In this document: piece by piece, positions 9,166 through 20,203 of the stretch
How positions within the stretch are numbered: position 1 is the stretch's first letter
How the letters are laid out: every line of letters starts with the position of its first letter
From: an uncultured Actinomycetota bacterium
Lineage (GTDB): Bacteria > Actinomycetota > Actinomycetes > JACCUZ01
Length of the DNA stretch: 64,000 nucleotides
Assembly: GCA_963807005.1 (NCBI GenBank)
Contig: CAWDZK010000001.1
Span: forward strand, 980,829 to 1,044,828
Reading direction: 5' to 3'
Position numbers and translations under genes: made by a program
The notes under the pieces: generated by a model
What the model was told of the DNA's origin: nothing
Database searches by the model: none
The model's input: only the letters and a program-made list of their open reading frames with translations

Positions 9166-10728
9166 GTGGGGCTCGCTCGGACCCGGGGGGTGGCGCTCGT
9201 CGGTGTCGAGGGGCACCTGGTCGAGGTGGAGGCCGACCTCGGCGTGGGCGTGCCGTCGTACACGCTGGTCGGGCTGCCCGACGCCTCGCTGGCCGAGTCG
9301 CGCGACCGGGTGCGGGCCGCCATGGTCAACAGCGGCCAGGACTGGCCCGCCACCAAGCGGGTGACCGTGAACCTCTCGCCGGCGTCGCTGCCCAAGCGCG
9401 GCTCGTCGTTCGACCTGCCGATCGCGGTGGCGATCCTCGCCGCGCAGCAGGTGGTCCCGGCGGGGGCGTTCGACGGCGCGGTGCTGCTCGGCGAGCTGGG
9501 TCTGGACGGCCGGGTGCGGCCGGTGCGCGGCGTCCTGCCCTCGGTGGCGGCCGCGGTCCGGGCCGGGGCGCTGGCGGCGGTGGTGCCGCAGGGCAACGCC
9601 GAGGAGGCGTCGCTGGTGCCCGGCGTGCAGGTCACCGGGGTGCGGACCCTGGCCGGGCTGGTGGCACTGGCCCGACGCGAGGAGCCGCCGGACGCGGAGC
9701 TGGTGGAGGAGCCGGAGGCGCCGCGGCCGGAGGATGCCTCGCCGGTGCACCGGCCGGACCTGTCCGACGTCCTGGGACAGGCGACCGCGCGCTACCTCGT
9801 GGAGGTCGCCGCGGCCGGCGGCCACCACCTGCTGATGCTCGGGCCGCCAGGGGCGGGCAAGACGATGCTCGCCGAGCGGCTGCCGGGTCTGCTGCCCGCC
9901 CTGGACCGGGCCGCTGCCCTCGAGGTCACCGCGGTGCACTCGGTGGCGGGCGCCCTCGACGAGGGCGCCCGGCCGCTGGTGGACCGGGCCCCGTTCCAGG
10001 CGCCGCACCACACCGCGTCCGTGGCGGCGATCGTCGGCGGCGGCTCGACCCAGGTCCGCCCGGGAGCCGCCTCGCTGGCGCACCGCGGCGTGCTGTTCAT
10101 GGACGAGGCGCCGGAGTTCGCCCCAGCCGTGCTCGACGCCCTGCGGGAGCCGTTGGAGTCCGGACAGATCACGGTCGCGCGGCTGGCGGCCCGGGTCCGG
10201 TTCCCGGCCCGGTTCCAGCTGGTGCTGGCCGCCAACCCCTGCCCCTGCGGGCTGGCGATCACGGCGCCCGGCGCGGTGTCGGCCTGCCGGTGCACCCCGA
10301 TGGCCCGGCTGCGCTACCTGGGCCGACTGTCCGGCCCCCTGCTGGACCGGGTCGACCTCAAGATCGAGATGCTCGCGGCCTCGCGGGCGGACCTGCGAGC
10401 GGAGCCGGGGTCGGCCGAGAGCACGGCGGTGGTAGCCGAGCGGGTCGCCGCCGCCCGCGAGCGGATGGCCGCACGGTTGGCCGGCACGCCCTGGCGGGTC
10501 AACGGCGAGGTCCCGGGCCACGTGCTCCGACGCCTGTGGCGGCTGCCCTGGGAGGTGGTCGGCGAGGCCGAGCGGCTGCTCGACCGCGGCGCGCTGACCG
10601 CTCGCGGCGTGGACCGCGTCCTGCGGGTGGCCTGGACGGTCGCGGACCTCGCCGGTCGGGACGCACCGGACGCCGGTGACGTCCGGGTGGCGCTGGACTG
10701 CCGGGGCGTGGCGCGGTGGGCCGCGTGA
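9166..10728 (+). CDS. comM: YifB/ComM family Mg-chelatase-like AAA+ ATPase
   Basis: N-terminal Lon-like domain (SFDLPIAVAIL), Walker A GPPGAGKT, and LFMDEAPEF. GTG immediately follows the yraN stop. Confidence 0.9.
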   Translation: MGLARTRGVALVGVEGHLVEVEADLGVGVPSYTLVGLPDASLAESRDRVRAAMVNSGQDWPATKRVTVNLSPASLPKRGSSFDLPIAVAILAAQQVVPAGAFDGAVLLGELGLDGRVRPVRGVLPSVAAAVRAGALAAVVPQGNAEEASLVPGVQVTGVRTLAGLVALARREEPPDAELVEEPEAPRPEDASPVHRPDLSDVLGQATARYLVEVAAAGGHHLLMLGPPGAGKTMLAERLPGLLPALDRAAALEVTAVHSVAGALDEGARPLVDRAPFQAPHHTASVAAIVGGGSTQVRPGAASLAHRGVLFMDEAPEFAPAVLDALREPLESGQITVARLAARVRFPARFQLVLAANPCPCGLAITAPGAVSACRCTPMARLRYLGRLSGPLLDRVDLKIEMLAASRADLRAEPGSAESTAVVAERVAAARERMAARLAGTPWRVNGEVPGHVLRRLWRLPWEVVGEAERLLDRGALTARGVDRVLRVAWTVADLAGRDAPDAGDVRVALDCRGVARWAA

Positions 10729-11891
10729 CCGCCGACGCATCCTCCGGCAGTCCAGTGCCGGTCCGGGGGCCGTGTGACGACGAGGAGCGGGCCGCCCGGG
10801 CGGCACTGGCCCGGCTGGCCGAGCCGGGTGACCCCTGGCTGGGCCGGGCGGTGGCCGGGATCGGTGCCGCCGCCGTCCTCGAGCGGGTGCGGGTGCCGCG
10901 CGAGGGGGAGCCGGACCGGCTGGCGCACTACCGGGTCCGGCTGCCCTCACTGGGCGCCGACGCCGACCTCGCCGAGCGCGCGGGCGCCCGGGTCGTGGTG
11001 CCAGGCGACGACGAGTGGCCTGCCGCGCTCGACGACCTCGAGGACCGGGCACCGCTGGCCCTCTGGGTGGCCGGGGAGGCGGCACTGTCCGACGCGGCGC
11101 GCCGCGCGGTGGCCGTGGTCGGGGCGCGAGCGTGCACCGGCTACGGCGAGACGGTGGCGGCGGAGCTCGCCTCGGGGCTGGCCGACCGGGGCTGGACGGT
11201 GGTGTCCGGCGGTGCGTACGGCATCGACGCCGCGGCCCACCGGGGAGCGCTGGCGGTCGACGCCCCCACCGTGGCGGTGCTCGCCTGCGGGGTGGACGTC
11301 GCCTACCCGGCGGCGCACGAGCGGCTGCTCGAGTCGGTCCGGGCGACCGGCTGCGTCGTCACCGAGCTCCCGCCGGGGGCGCGGCCGACCCGGATGCGCT
11401 TCCTCGAGCGGAACCGGGTGATCGCGGCGCTGGGTCGGGGGACGGTCGTGGTCGAGGCCGCCCTACGCAGCGGGGCCCTGAACACGGCCGGCCACGCCGA
11501 GCGACTGTCCCGGACGGTGATGGCGGTGCCGGGGCCGGTGACCTCCGCCGCCTCGGCCGGCGCCCACCAGCTGGTGCGCGCGCTCGGCGCGTCGCTGGTC
11601 ACGTCGGCGGCCGACGTCGTCGATCTGCTCGCACCTGTCGGTCAGGACGCGAGCGAGCCGGGGCGCGGCGAGACCCGGTCCCACGACGGGCTGGACCCTC
11701 TCTCGCTGCGGGTGCTCGAGGCGCTGCCGCTGCGCCGCCGGGCCGCGCCCGACAGCGTCGGGCGGGTCGCCGGTCTGGACGCGCCCGCGGTGCTGCGCGC
11801 TCTGGCGCTGCTGGCCGCGCTCGGGCTCGCCGACAGCCACGAGGGCCGCTGGCGCCGCACCGTGGGGGCGGGCGGGCCTCCCGGCGGCTGA
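10725..11891 (+). CDS. dprA: DNA-processing protein DprA (Smf)
   Basis: Rossmann-like DprA core: GARACTGYGETVAAELASGLADRGWTVVSGGAYGIDAAAHRGAL and GTVVVEAALRSGALNTAGHA. GTG at 10725 makes a GTGA overlap with the comM stop; an alternative start is 10716. Confidence 0.88.
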   Translation: MTADASSGSPVPVRGPCDDEERAARAALARLAEPGDPWLGRAVAGIGAAAVLERVRVPREGEPDRLAHYRVRLPSLGADADLAERAGARVVVPGDDEWPAALDDLEDRAPLALWVAGEAALSDAARRAVAVVGARACTGYGETVAAELASGLADRGWTVVSGGAYGIDAAAHRGALAVDAPTVAVLACGVDVAYPAAHERLLESVRATGCVVTELPPGARPTRMRFLERNRVIAALGRGTVVVEAALRSGALNTAGHAERLSRTVMAVPGPVTSAASAGAHQLVRALGASLVTSAADVVDLLAPVGQDASEPGRGETRSHDGLDPLSLRVLEALPLRRRAAPDSVGRVAGLDAPAVLRALALLAALGLADSHEGRWRRTVGAGGPPGG

Positions 11892-12068
11892 GGACAGCCC
11901 GGTCGGCTGCCGGGCGGTCCCGCCCGCGCCAGGCGGCCCTTCGGCCGAACCGCGGCCGGTGTGCAGCCGCTGGGGTCGGGCCCTGGTCCGGCGCGGCGGT
12001 CCTTGCATGGCGCACCATCTCAGGTCACGGTGTCAGGCGTGGACGGTCAGGGCGTGGCTGCGGCGGAG

Positions 12069-12998
12069 GTGGCCGGCGACGCCGGCCTGCCGGCCGCGCT
12101 GGCGGACGCCCTGGACGGCTACACCCGGTACCTGCGGTCCGAGCGTGGCATGAGCGAGCACTCGGTGCGGGCGTACGGCGGCGACGTCGCCACGCTGCTC
12201 GAGCACGGCCGCCGGATGGGCCGTGCCGTCCCCTCTGCCCTCGACCTGCTGGTCCTGCGCAGCTGGCTGGCCGGGCAGGCCAGCCGGGGGATGTCCCGCT
12301 CGACCCTGGCCCGACGAGCAGCCGCTGCCCGCGGCTTCACCGCCTGGGCCCGGCGCGAGGGGCTGGTCGAGAAGGACGTGGGGGCACTGCTGGCCACCCC
12401 GCGCACCGGCCGGACGCTGCCCGGTGTGCTGCGCCGGGACGAGGCCGACGCCCTGCTGCACGTGGCGGGGCTGGCGGCCGACGACGACAGCCCTACCGCG
12501 GTGCGCGACCTGGCCGTGCTCGAGGTGCTCTACGCGTCCGGGATCCGGGTGGGCGAGCTCTGCGGCCTCGACCTGGACGACGTCGACCGGGGCCGTCGGG
12601 TGCTGCGCGTGCTCGGCAAGGGGGCCAAGGAGCGGACCGTGCCGGTCGGCGCGCCGGCCGTTCGGGCGGTGGACCGCTGGCTGTCCGAGGGCCGCCCGCG
12701 GCTGCGGGGGCCGGGCAGCGGCCCCGCGCTGTTCCTCGGAGCGCGCGGGGGCCGGATCGACCCCCGCACGGTGCGCCGGGTGGTGCACGCCCTGCTCGCG
12801 CACGTGCCCGGGGCACCCGATCTGGGGCCGCACGGCCTCCGCCATTCGGCTGCCACCCACCTGCTGGAAGGGGGAGCCGACCTGAGAAGCGTTCAGGAAC
12901 TACTCGGTCACGCTACGCTCGCAACGACGCAGATCTATACCCATGTGTCCGTCGACAGGCTGAAGGCAACGTATGACCAAGCGCACCCACGGGCCTGA
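12069..12998 (+). CDS. xerC: Tyrosine recombinase XerC
   Basis: N-terminal SAM-like domain ([25 protein letters not shown]). Catalytic RHxxR/Y region: [39 protein letters not shown]. Start is uncertain; the ORF tool start is 11961. Confidence 0.85.
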   Translation: MAGDAGLPAALADALDGYTRYLRSERGMSEHSVRAYGGDVATLLEHGRRMGRAVPSALDLLVLRSWLAGQASRGMSRSTLARRAAAARGFTAWARREGLVEKDVGALLATPRTGRTLPGVLRRDEADALLHVAGLAADDDSPTAVRDLAVLEVLYASGIRVGELCGLDLDDVDRGRRVLRVLGKGAKERTVPVGAPAVRAVDRWLSEGRPRLRGPGSGPALFLGARGGRIDPRTVRRVVHALLAHVPGAPDLGPHGLRHSAATHLLEGGADLRSVQELLGHATLATTQIYTHVSVDRLKATYDQAHPRA

Positions 12999-13854
12999 CG
13001 TGCAGCAGGCTGCTGCCGTCACGCCCTCCGGGGGAGTGGGCGCCGCAGACGACATCGTCGTCGACGAGGCGGTCGCCGAGAAGAGTGCTGCCGAGGCGGC
13101 TCTGCGTGAGCTGTGGCAGGACTTCAAGAAGACCGGCGAAGGGCCGCTGCGCGAGCGGCTGATCCTGCACTACTCGCCGCTGGTCAAGTACGTCGCCGGC
13201 CGGGTCGGTGTCGGGCTCCCACCGAACATCGAGCAGGCCGACCTCGTCTCCTACGGCATCTTCGGCCTGATCGACGCGATCGAGAAGTTCGACCTCGAGC
13301 GCGCCATCAAGTTCGAGACCTACGCCATCAGCCGCATCCGCGGCGCGATCATCGACGAGCTGCGCGCGATCGACTGGATCCCGCGCTCGGTCCGCTACAA
13401 GGCCCGCGAGGTCGAGAAGGCCTACGCCTCCCTCGAGGCCCAGCTGCACCGCACGCCCAGCGAGGCCGAGGTGGCGGCGGAGATGGGCATCAAGCTCGAG
13501 GACCTGCACTCGATCTTCAGCCAGGTGTCCTTCGTGAACGTGGTCGCGCTCGACGAGCTGCTCAGCGTCGGCGGTGAGAAGGGCGACAAGCTCAGCCTGG
13601 TCGACACCCTCGAGGACACCAAGGCGGAGGACCCGGTCCTCGCGTTCGAGTCCGAGGAGACCAAGTTCCTGCTCGCCAAGGCGATCAATACCCTGCCGGA
13701 GCGGGAGAAGATCGTCGTGACGCTCTACTACTACGAGGGCCTCACGCTGGCGGAGATCGGTCAGGTGCTCGGGGTCACCGAGAGCCGGATCTGCCAGATG
13801 CACACGAAGGCCGTGCTGCAGCTGCGTGGGAAGCTGGCCGAGAGCAAGGACTGA
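12973..13854 (+). CDS. FliA/WhiG-family RNA polymerase sigma factor
   Basis: Region 2 ([16 protein letters not shown]...[10 protein letters not shown]), region 3, and region 4 HTH ([29 protein letters not shown]). Overlaps the xerC 3-prime end by 26 nt. Confidence 0.8.
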   Translation: MTKRTHGPDVQQAAAVTPSGGVGAADDIVVDEAVAEKSAAEAALRELWQDFKKTGEGPLRERLILHYSPLVKYVAGRVGVGLPPNIEQADLVSYGIFGLIDAIEKFDLERAIKFETYAISRIRGAIIDELRAIDWIPRSVRYKAREVEKAYASLEAQLHRTPSEAEVAAEMGIKLEDLHSIFSQVSFVNVVALDELLSVGGEKGDKLSLVDTLEDTKAEDPVLAFESEETKFLLAKAINTLPEREKIVVTLYYYEGLTLAEIGQVLGVTESRICQMHTKAVLQLRGKLAESKD

Positions 13855-13915
13855 CTGGACCCCGGCACCGGGGGGCGACGGTTCGTCCGGTCTGCCCGAC
13901 CCTAGGGTGGCCCGC

Positions 13916-15112
13916 ATGCCACCCGAGCCCCCGACCGTGACGGAGGAGGTCCCCAACCCGGTCTGGGGTGCCGACTGGCCGCAGGTCCGCGACCTCTGGC
14001 CGTTGGAGCAGACCGTCGCGCACCTCAACCACGGGTCGTACGGCGCGGTGCCCGCCCCGGTGCTGGACGAGCAGCGGTCGTGGCGGGAGCGGATGGAGGC
14101 CAACCCGGACCGGTTCTTCGTCCGTGAGCTGCCGGCTGCCCTGGCGAGTGCCCGGGCGGAGGTGGGGGAGTTCCTCGGCGCGTCGGAGGGTTCGCTCGCG
14201 TTCGTGCGCAACGCCACCAGCGCAGTCAGTACGGTCCTGGCCGCCTTCCCGCTCGAGCCCGGCGACCGTGTCCTGCTCACCGACCACGGCTACGGCGCGG
14301 TCCGGATCGCGGCCGACCGGTTCGCCGGGGACCGCGGCGTCGCCGTGGACACGGTGCACGTGCCGCTGCAGGCGGACGACGCCGAGGCCGCGGCCGCCGT
14401 GCTGGCCGCGGCCGGGGAGCGCACCAGGCTGGTCGTGCTGGACCACGTGACCTCGCCGACCGCGCGCCGGCTGCCGCTGGTTCCGCTGATCCCCGCCCTG
14501 CAGGAGCGCGGCGTCGCGGTGCTGGTCGACGGTGCGCACGCCCCCGGCATGCTCGACCTCGACCTCGAGCGGGTCGGCGCCGACTTCTACGTCGGGAACC
14601 TGCACAAGTGGGTGTGCGCGCCGCGGGGCACCGCCGTGCTGCACGCGGCTTCCCGGTGGCGGCCGGCCCTGCGCCCCCTCGTGGCGTCCTGGGCGGAGCA
14701 CGAGGGCTTTCCCCTCGCCTTCGACGACACCGGCACCGAGGACCCCACCGCCTGGCTGTCCGCACCACGCGCGCTGCGCGTGCTCGCCCAGCTCGACCTG
14801 GAGCGGCTGCGTCGGCACAACGTCGAGCTCGCGGTCCTCGGTCAGCAGGAGGTGGCCCGGGCGCTCGACCTGCCGGCCGCCGACCTGCCGCGCGACGCGG
14901 CGGTGTCGATGCAGCTGGTCCCCCTTCCGGAGGGCATCGCCGCCACCCGGGAGGACGCAGCGGCCCTGCAGGACCGGATCGGGACCGAGTCCGCGGTCGA
15001 GGTCGCCATCACCTGCTGGGCGGGCCGCGGCTTCGTCCGGCTCTCGGCGCATGCCTACAACGCCCCGGCGGACTACCGGCGGCTCGCGGCCGACCTGCCG
15101 TCCCTGCTCTGA
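13916..15112 (+). CDS. Aminotransferase class V family protein (cysteine-desulfurase/isopenicillin-N-epimerase-like)
   Basis: LNHGSYGAVPAPVLDEQRSWRERMEANPDRFF and a PLP-fold. ATG at 13916 lies inside ORF 13826-15112. Confidence 0.7.
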   Translation: MPPEPPTVTEEVPNPVWGADWPQVRDLWPLEQTVAHLNHGSYGAVPAPVLDEQRSWRERMEANPDRFFVRELPAALASARAEVGEFLGASEGSLAFVRNATSAVSTVLAAFPLEPGDRVLLTDHGYGAVRIAADRFAGDRGVAVDTVHVPLQADDAEAAAAVLAAAGERTRLVVLDHVTSPTARRLPLVPLIPALQERGVAVLVDGAHAPGMLDLDLERVGADFYVGNLHKWVCAPRGTAVLHAASRWRPALRPLVASWAEHEGFPLAFDDTGTEDPTAWLSAPRALRVLAQLDLERLRRHNVELAVLGQQEVARALDLPAADLPRDAAVSMQLVPLPEGIAATREDAAALQDRIGTESAVEVAITCWAGRGFVRLSAHAYNAPADYRRLAADLPSLL

Positions 15113-15128
15113 CAGGCTGCGCCGGCCC

Positions 15129-15506
15129 TCAGAGGCTGCGGCGCTCGGCGGTGAGGCGGCTCGGGGTGTCGCCGGTGTTGACCGTCTCGCTCGGTTCCAC
15201 CAGGAGCACCTCGGCGCCGTGCTCGGACCGAGGGCGGTGCGGGACGCCGCGGGGCACCACGTACAGCTGGCCCGGGCCAAGCGTCACCGCAGCGTCGTCG
15301 AGCTCGATCGTCAGCGAGCCGGTCAGGACGAGGAAGACCTCGTCGGTGTCGGGGTGGGCGTGCCGGGTGAACTCGCCGAGGGTCCGGACCACCCGGACGT
15401 CGTAGTCGTTGAGCGTCGCCACGGTCCTCGGCGACCACGGCTCGGCGACGGTCGCGAGAGCGGCGGCCAGGTCGACCGGGTCCGCCGGTTGCACAGGTGG
15501 GGTCAT
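15129..15506 (-). CDS. Cupin domain protein
   Basis: 125 aa. Has a cupin motif (HAHPDTDEVFLVLTGSL...PRGVPHRP). Confidence 0.7.
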   Translation of the reverse strand: MTPPVQPADPVDLAAALATVAEPWSPRTVATLNDYDVRVVRTLGEFTRHAHPDTDEVFLVLTGSLTIELDDAAVTLGPGQLYVVPRGVPHRPRSEHGAEVLLVEPSETVNTGDTPSRLTAERRSL

Positions 15507-15527
15507 CGCCCCAGCATGCCCGCCACG

Positions 15528-16328
15528 TCACGGCGGTGCGCGTCGCAGCGCCCACGCCGCCGCGGCCGCCAGACCGAGCGCCGCAGCGCCGGCCGGGAGG
15601 CGGTCGCCGGTCGAGGCCGGTCCCGGCGTACGAGACGCCCGGAAGGTCCCACCAGCTGCCGAGGCGGGGACCCGTGGCACGCGGCTCGGCACGGCCGCCG
15701 CACCGGCGGTCCAGACCGGCAGGAGGCGGACCCGCACCGGTCCCAGCAGCGACATCGGGTCGAGGTAGCCGGCCGCCCGTCGCGCCCCCCAGTGCAGGCA
15801 GCCCGGGAGGCAGTGCCCGCCGGCGCCCGCGAGCAGCCCGAGCAGAGTTCCGGCCGCGACCGGGTCGCCGGGGCGGACCACGGCTACGACCGGCTCGTAC
15901 GTCGTCCGCAGGCCGCCCGGGTGCTCGACCGACACGACCCCGCGGCCCGCCACCGGGCCGGCGAACGCCACCACGCCCGGCCCGGCCGCCACCACCCGGG
16001 CTCCAGGCGCTGCGGCCAGGTCGACGCCCCGGTGCCCCGGCGCGTAGCGGTCCACCGGCGCCAGGAACGCCCTGACGACGGCCGGGGCGCCCTCCAGCGG
16101 CGCTCGCCAGTCCGGTTGCCCCACGGCGGCGGCCTCGGCATGCCAGCCGCCCAGCAGCACCGCTGCCGAGGCCAGCGTGCCGGCGCACACGCCCCGCCGG
16201 AGCGCCCGGCCGGGGCCGGCGCTGCCGAGCCTTCGCCTCGGCCGGTGGGCAAGGTCCATCCGCCCAGGCTGGGGGACCTGAAGGCCGGTCGAGGCGGCCC
16301 GGGCGGCTTCGGTGGACGACGTGAGCAT
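15528..16328 (-). CDS. M23 family metallopeptidase (secreted)
   Basis: [22 protein letters not shown]...LHWG is an M23 (LytM) signature. An N-terminal signal-like hydrophobic segment is present. Start chosen at the internal ATG (MLTSS); the ORF tool extends to 16550. Confidence 0.7.
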   Translation of the reverse strand: MLTSSTEAARAASTGLQVPQPGRMDLAHRPRRRLGSAGPGRALRRGVCAGTLASAAVLLGGWHAEAAAVGQPDWRAPLEGAPAVVRAFLAPVDRYAPGHRGVDLAAAPGARVVAAGPGVVAFAGPVAGRGVVSVEHPGGLRTTYEPVVAVVRPGDPVAAGTLLGLLAGAGGHCLPGCLHWGARRAAGYLDPMSLLGPVRVRLLPVWTAGAAAVPSRVPRVPASAAGGTFRASRTPGPASTGDRLPAGAAALGLAAAAAWALRRAPP

Positions 16329-16662
16329 GCAGCCGGGCTGTGGACGAACGCGCGACCGGCCCAGAGGGCACGATTTCAGACCGGGCTGCAGCGCGGCGTA
16401 CACTGCTGGCAGCGGCCCGTCTCGGCGGGTCGACTTCGCACGCCCGTATCCGCCACCGGACAGGCCCTCGGGCCCGCCCACCGGCGGGGGCGCGCTCACC
16501 GGTCCTCCGGCCCCGCGACGCACCTGGTCTCGGGGAGGTGGCGAGCGCACCTCCGGGCGTCAGGGGGTGGGTGGCCGTCCGGTCGCGCACCAGGAACCGA
16601 CGCGCGCCTCTCGGCGCCCGCGCCAGCGGGCACCCCGGGCGCCAGGAAAGGCAGGCACGACC

Positions 16663-17769
16663 GTGGCCAACCAGGTCGTCTCCATGAAGCAGCTGCTCGA
16701 GAGCGGCGTGCACTTCGGACACCAGACCCGCCGGTGGAACCCGAAGATGAAGCGCTTCATCTTCACCGAGCGCAACGGCATCTACATCATCGACCTGCAG
16801 CAGTCGCTGTCGTACATCGACCGCGCCTACGAGTTCGTCAAGGAGACCGTCGCCCACGGCGGCTCGGTGATGTTCATCGGCACCAAGAAGCAGGCCCAGG
16901 AGGCGATCGCCGAGCAGGCGACCCGGGTCGGCATGCCCTACGTCAACCAGCGCTGGCTGGGCGGCATGCTCACCAACTTCCAGACGGTCCACGGCCGTCT
17001 GCAGCGCCTCAAGGAGCTCGAGCAGCTCGACTTCGACGACGTGCCCGGCTCCGGCATGACGAAGAAGGAGCTGCTGGTCCTCAAGCGCGAGAAGGACAAG
17101 CTCGACAAGACCCTGGGCGGCATCCGCGACATGTCGCGGGTGCCCAGCGCGGTGTGGATCATCGACACCAAGAAGGAGCACATCGCCGTCGGCGAGGCGC
17201 ACAAGCTGCACATCCCGGTCGTCGCGATCCTCGACACCAACTGCGACCCGGACGAGGTCGACTACAAGATCCCGGGCAACGACGACGCCATCCGCTCGGT
17301 CACCCTGCTCACCCGGGTGATCGCCGACGCGGTCGCCGAGGGTCTGATGGCCCGGGTCCGCACCAGCCAGGACGGCGACGAGAAGCCCGAGGGCCTCGCG
17401 GTCGACGAGCCGCTCGCCGCGTGGGAGCAGGAGCTGCTGCAGAGCGGTACGGCGGCCGAGGGCACGCCGGCCGCGGGCGAGACCGTCGAGGGCGCGGGCG
17501 CCGAGGCGTCTGCCGCCGAGGCACCGGCTGCTGAGGCGTCTGCCACCGAGGCGCCGGCTGCTGAGGCGTCTGCCACCGAGGCGCCGGCTGCTGAGGCGTC
17601 TGCCACCGAGGCACCGGCTGCTGAGGCGTCTGCCACCGAGGCGCCGGCTGCTGAGGCATCTGCCACCGAGGCGGCGGCTGCTGCCGAGGCGTCTGCCACC
17701 GAGGCGCCGGCCGCCGAGGCACCTGCCGCCGAGGGCGACGGCACCAGCACCGAACCCGCTCAGGCCTGA
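16663..17769 (+). CDS. rpsB: 30S ribosomal protein S2 with repeat-expanded C-terminal tail
   Basis: [45 protein letters not shown] is the S2 signature. GTG at 16663. The C-terminus contains ([10 protein letters not shown])n. Confidence 0.92.
   Translation: MANQVVSMKQLLESGVHFGHQTRRWNPKMKRFIFTERNGIYIIDLQQSLSYIDRAYEFVKETVAHGGSVMFIGTKKQAQEAIAEQATRVGMPYVNQRWLGGMLTNFQTVHGRLQRLKELEQLDFDDVPGSGMTKKELLVLKREKDKLDKTLGGIRDMSRVPSAVWIIDTKKEHIAVGEAHKLHIPVVAILDTNCDPDEVDYKIPGNDDAIRSVTLLTRVIADAVAEGLMARVRTSQDGDEKPEGLAVDEPLAAWEQELLQSGTAAEGTPAAGETVEGAGAEASAAEAPAAEASATEAPAAEASATEAPAAEASATEAPAAEASATEAPAAEASATEAAAAAEASATEAPAAEAPAAEGDGTSTEPAQA
17503..17735 (+). repeat. About seven tandem, slightly degenerate copies of a 30-nt unit (gaggcgtctgccaccgaggcgccggctgct) encoding [10 protein letters not shown] in the rpsB tail
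   Basis: Read directly from the sequence. It is in-frame and coding. It is not a CRISPR array: there are no unique spacers. Confidence 0.85.
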
Positions 17770-17866
17770 GCCGAGGGTCGCCGCCCGTTCCCTGAGGGGG
17801 CCGGGCGGCGGCCCTGCGGCCGGCCACCGTGTTCCGATCCGAGAAGAGAGCGAGACCCACCACGCC

Positions 17867-18697
17867 ATGGCGAACATCACCGCCGCTGAGGTCAAGAAGC
17901 TCCGCGACGCCACCGGCGCCGGGATGATGGCTGCGAAGAAGGCCCTCGAGGAGGCCGGCGGCGACCAGGACCAGGCCGCCGAGCTGCTGCGCATCAAGGG
18001 CGAGACCAAGGTCAAGGAGCGTGGCGCCGAGCGCAACGCCACCAACGGCCTGGTCGCCGCCGCCGACGGCGCCATGATCCAGCTCAACTGCGAGACCGAC
18101 TTCGTCGCCAAGAACGAGCAGTTCCAGCAGCTCGCCGCCGACATCGTCTCCCATGCCGCGAAGACCGGCACGGACGACGTGCAGAAGCTGCTGACCGAGT
18201 CGCTGGCCGACGGCCGCACGGTCGCGGAGAACATCGACTCCGTCGCCGCCGTCATCGGCGAGAAGCTCGAGCTCACCGCCGTGGTCGTCCTCGGCGCCGA
18301 GGGCACCCAGGTGGCGTCGTACATGCACCGGCGCTCGTCGGACCTGCCCGCCCAGGTCGGTGTCCTGGTGGAGTTCGAGGGGTCCGACCTCGAGGCCGCC
18401 CGCGGCGCCGCCATGCAGATCGCGGCGATGCGCCCGCGGTACGTCACCCGGGACCAGGTGCCCGCCGAGGTCGTCGACAACGAGCGGCGCATCGCCGAGG
18501 CGACCGCCCGCGAGGAGGGCAAGCCCGAGCAGGCGCTGCCCAAGATCGTCGAGGGCCGGGTCAACGGCTTCTTCAAGGACGTCACGCTGCTGGAGCAGCC
18601 GTCGGTGCAGGACAACAAGAAGACGGTCAAGGCCGTGCTCGACGCTGCCGGCGTCACCGTGAAGAGCTTCTCCCGGTTCGAGGTCGGCGGGGCCTGA
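17867..18697 (+). CDS. tsf: Elongation factor Ts
   Basis: [33 protein letters not shown] is the UBA-like N-terminus of EF-Ts. Conserved rpsB-tsf order. Confidence 0.93.
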   Translation: MANITAAEVKKLRDATGAGMMAAKKALEEAGGDQDQAAELLRIKGETKVKERGAERNATNGLVAAADGAMIQLNCETDFVAKNEQFQQLAADIVSHAAKTGTDDVQKLLTESLADGRTVAENIDSVAAVIGEKLELTAVVVLGAEGTQVASYMHRRSSDLPAQVGVLVEFEGSDLEAARGAAMQIAAMRPRYVTRDQVPAEVVDNERRIAEATAREEGKPEQALPKIVEGRVNGFFKDVTLLEQPSVQDNKKTVKAVLDAAGVTVKSFSRFEVGGA

Positions 18698-18769
18698 GGG
18701 CCGTGCTGGCAGACTGAGCAGCAGACCGGACGCGGGGCAGCGCACCACGACGACGAGGAGGCCGCGATC

Positions 18770-19549
18770 GTGCAGGGATCCACGGAGGACACCGACACGG
18801 TCGCGGCCTCGTCCGCGTCCGGGGACGGCGAGCCCACCACCTACCGCCGGGTCGTGCTCAAGCTGTCCGGCGAGGTGTTCGGCGGTGGCAAGCTCGGCGT
18901 CGACCCGGACGTCGTGGCCACCATCGCCCGGCAGATCGCCGACGTGGTGCGCGCCGGCGTGCAGGTCGCGATCGTCGTCGGCGGCGGCAACTTCTTCCGC
19001 GGCGCCGAGCTGTCCCAGCGTGGCATGGACCGGGCCCGGGCCGACTACATGGGCATGCTCGGCACCGTGATGAACTGCCTGGCGCTGCAGGACTTCCTGG
19101 AGAAGCAGGACGTCGAGACGCGGGTCCAGACGGCGATCGCGATGGGCCAGGTCGCCGAGCCCTACATCCCCCGCCGCGCCATGCGCCACCTGGACAAGGG
19201 CCGTGTGGTCATCTTCGGTGCCGGCGCCGGCATGCCCTACTTCTCGACCGACACGGTGGCCGCGCAGCGCGCGCTGGAGATCGGCGCCCAGGTCATCCTC
19301 ATGGGCAAGAAGGGCGTCGACGGCGTGTACGACGCCGACCCGGCCAAGCACCCGGACGCCGTGCGCTACGACCGGCTGTCCTACGACGAGTTCCTCGCCC
19401 GCGGCCTCAGGGTCGCCGATGCCACCGCGATCAGCCTGTGCCGCGACAACCGGCTCCCGATCGTCGTGTTCAACATGACCGCCGAGGGCAACATCGCCCG
19501 CGCGGTCCACGGAGAGAAGATCGGCACCATCATCGGACCGGACGCCTGA
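18770..19549 (+). CDS. pyrH: UMP kinase
   Basis: [15 protein letters not shown]...[10 protein letters not shown]...[18 protein letters not shown] are PyrH motifs. GTG start with GAGGAG upstream. Confidence 0.92.
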   Translation: MQGSTEDTDTVAASSASGDGEPTTYRRVVLKLSGEVFGGGKLGVDPDVVATIARQIADVVRAGVQVAIVVGGGNFFRGAELSQRGMDRARADYMGMLGTVMNCLALQDFLEKQDVETRVQTAIAMGQVAEPYIPRRAMRHLDKGRVVIFGAGAGMPYFSTDTVAAQRALEIGAQVILMGKKGVDGVYDADPAKHPDAVRYDRLSYDEFLARGLRVADATAISLCRDNRLPIVVFNMTAEGNIARAVHGEKIGTIIGPDA

Positions 19550-19613
19550 GCGGCGCGGCGACCGACGCACCCCGACGCACCAGACCGCACACGACACCGA
19601 CGCAGGAGACCAC

Positions 19614-20171
19614 GTGATCGACGAGACCCTCTTCGAGGCCGAGGAGAAGATGGAGAAGGCCGTCTCCGTCGCGAAGGAGGACCTGGCCGCGATCCGCACC
19701 GGCCGGGCCAACCCGAGCATGTTCAGCAAGATCCTGGTCGACTACTACGGCGCCCCCACACCGGTGAACCAGCTCGCGTCCTTCCACGTCGCGGACCCCC
19801 GGATGCTCACGCTCACGCCGTTCGACAAGAGCGCGATGGCCGCCATCGAGAAGGCGATCCGCGACTCGGACCTGGGCGTGAACCCGACCAACGACGGCGC
19901 GATCATCCGGGTGGTCTTCCCGCAGCTCACCGAGGAGCGGCGCAAGGAGTTCATCAAGGTGGCGCACAAGAAGGCGGAGGACGCCCGGATCTCGATCCGC
20001 AACGTGCGCCGCCACGCCAAGGACGAGCTCGACCGTCTGGCCAAGGACGGCGAGACCGGCGAGGACGACGTCACCCGGGCAGAGAAGGAGCTGGAGAAGG
20101 TCACCCAGAGGCACGTCGCGACCGTCGACGAGCTGGTCAAGCACAAGGAGGCCGAGCTCCTCGAAGTCTGA
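19614..20171 (+). CDS. frr: Ribosome recycling factor
   Basis: [46 protein letters not shown] is the RRF signature. GTG start with AGGAG RBS. Confidence 0.93.
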   Translation: MIDETLFEAEEKMEKAVSVAKEDLAAIRTGRANPSMFSKILVDYYGAPTPVNQLASFHVADPRMLTLTPFDKSAMAAIEKAIRDSDLGVNPTNDGAIIRVVFPQLTEERRKEFIKVAHKKAEDARISIRNVRRHAKDELDRLAKDGETGEDDVTRAEKELEKVTQRHVATVDELVKHKEAELLEV

Positions 20172-20203
20172 GGGGTCGGCACCCGAGGACCGAGCAGACC
20201 ATC

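Noticed and set aside
14532-17534. 1000-aa plus-strand ORF, and similar giant ORFs 15073-18840(-), 17309-19729(-), 8551-11085(-), 3055-4320(-)
   Set aside because: Arg/Pro/Gly/Ala-rich translations with no domain signatures. They lie antisense to or out of frame with strongly conserved genes (rpsB, tsf, pyrH, comM, rpsP). These are typical stop-codon-poor artefacts of a roughly 72% GC genome.
17503-17735. Regularly spaced 30-nt direct repeats that superficially resemble a CRISPR array
   Set aside because: Repeats are directly adjacent with no unique spacers. They are in-frame within rpsB and translate to ([10 protein letters not shown])n. No cas genes are nearby.
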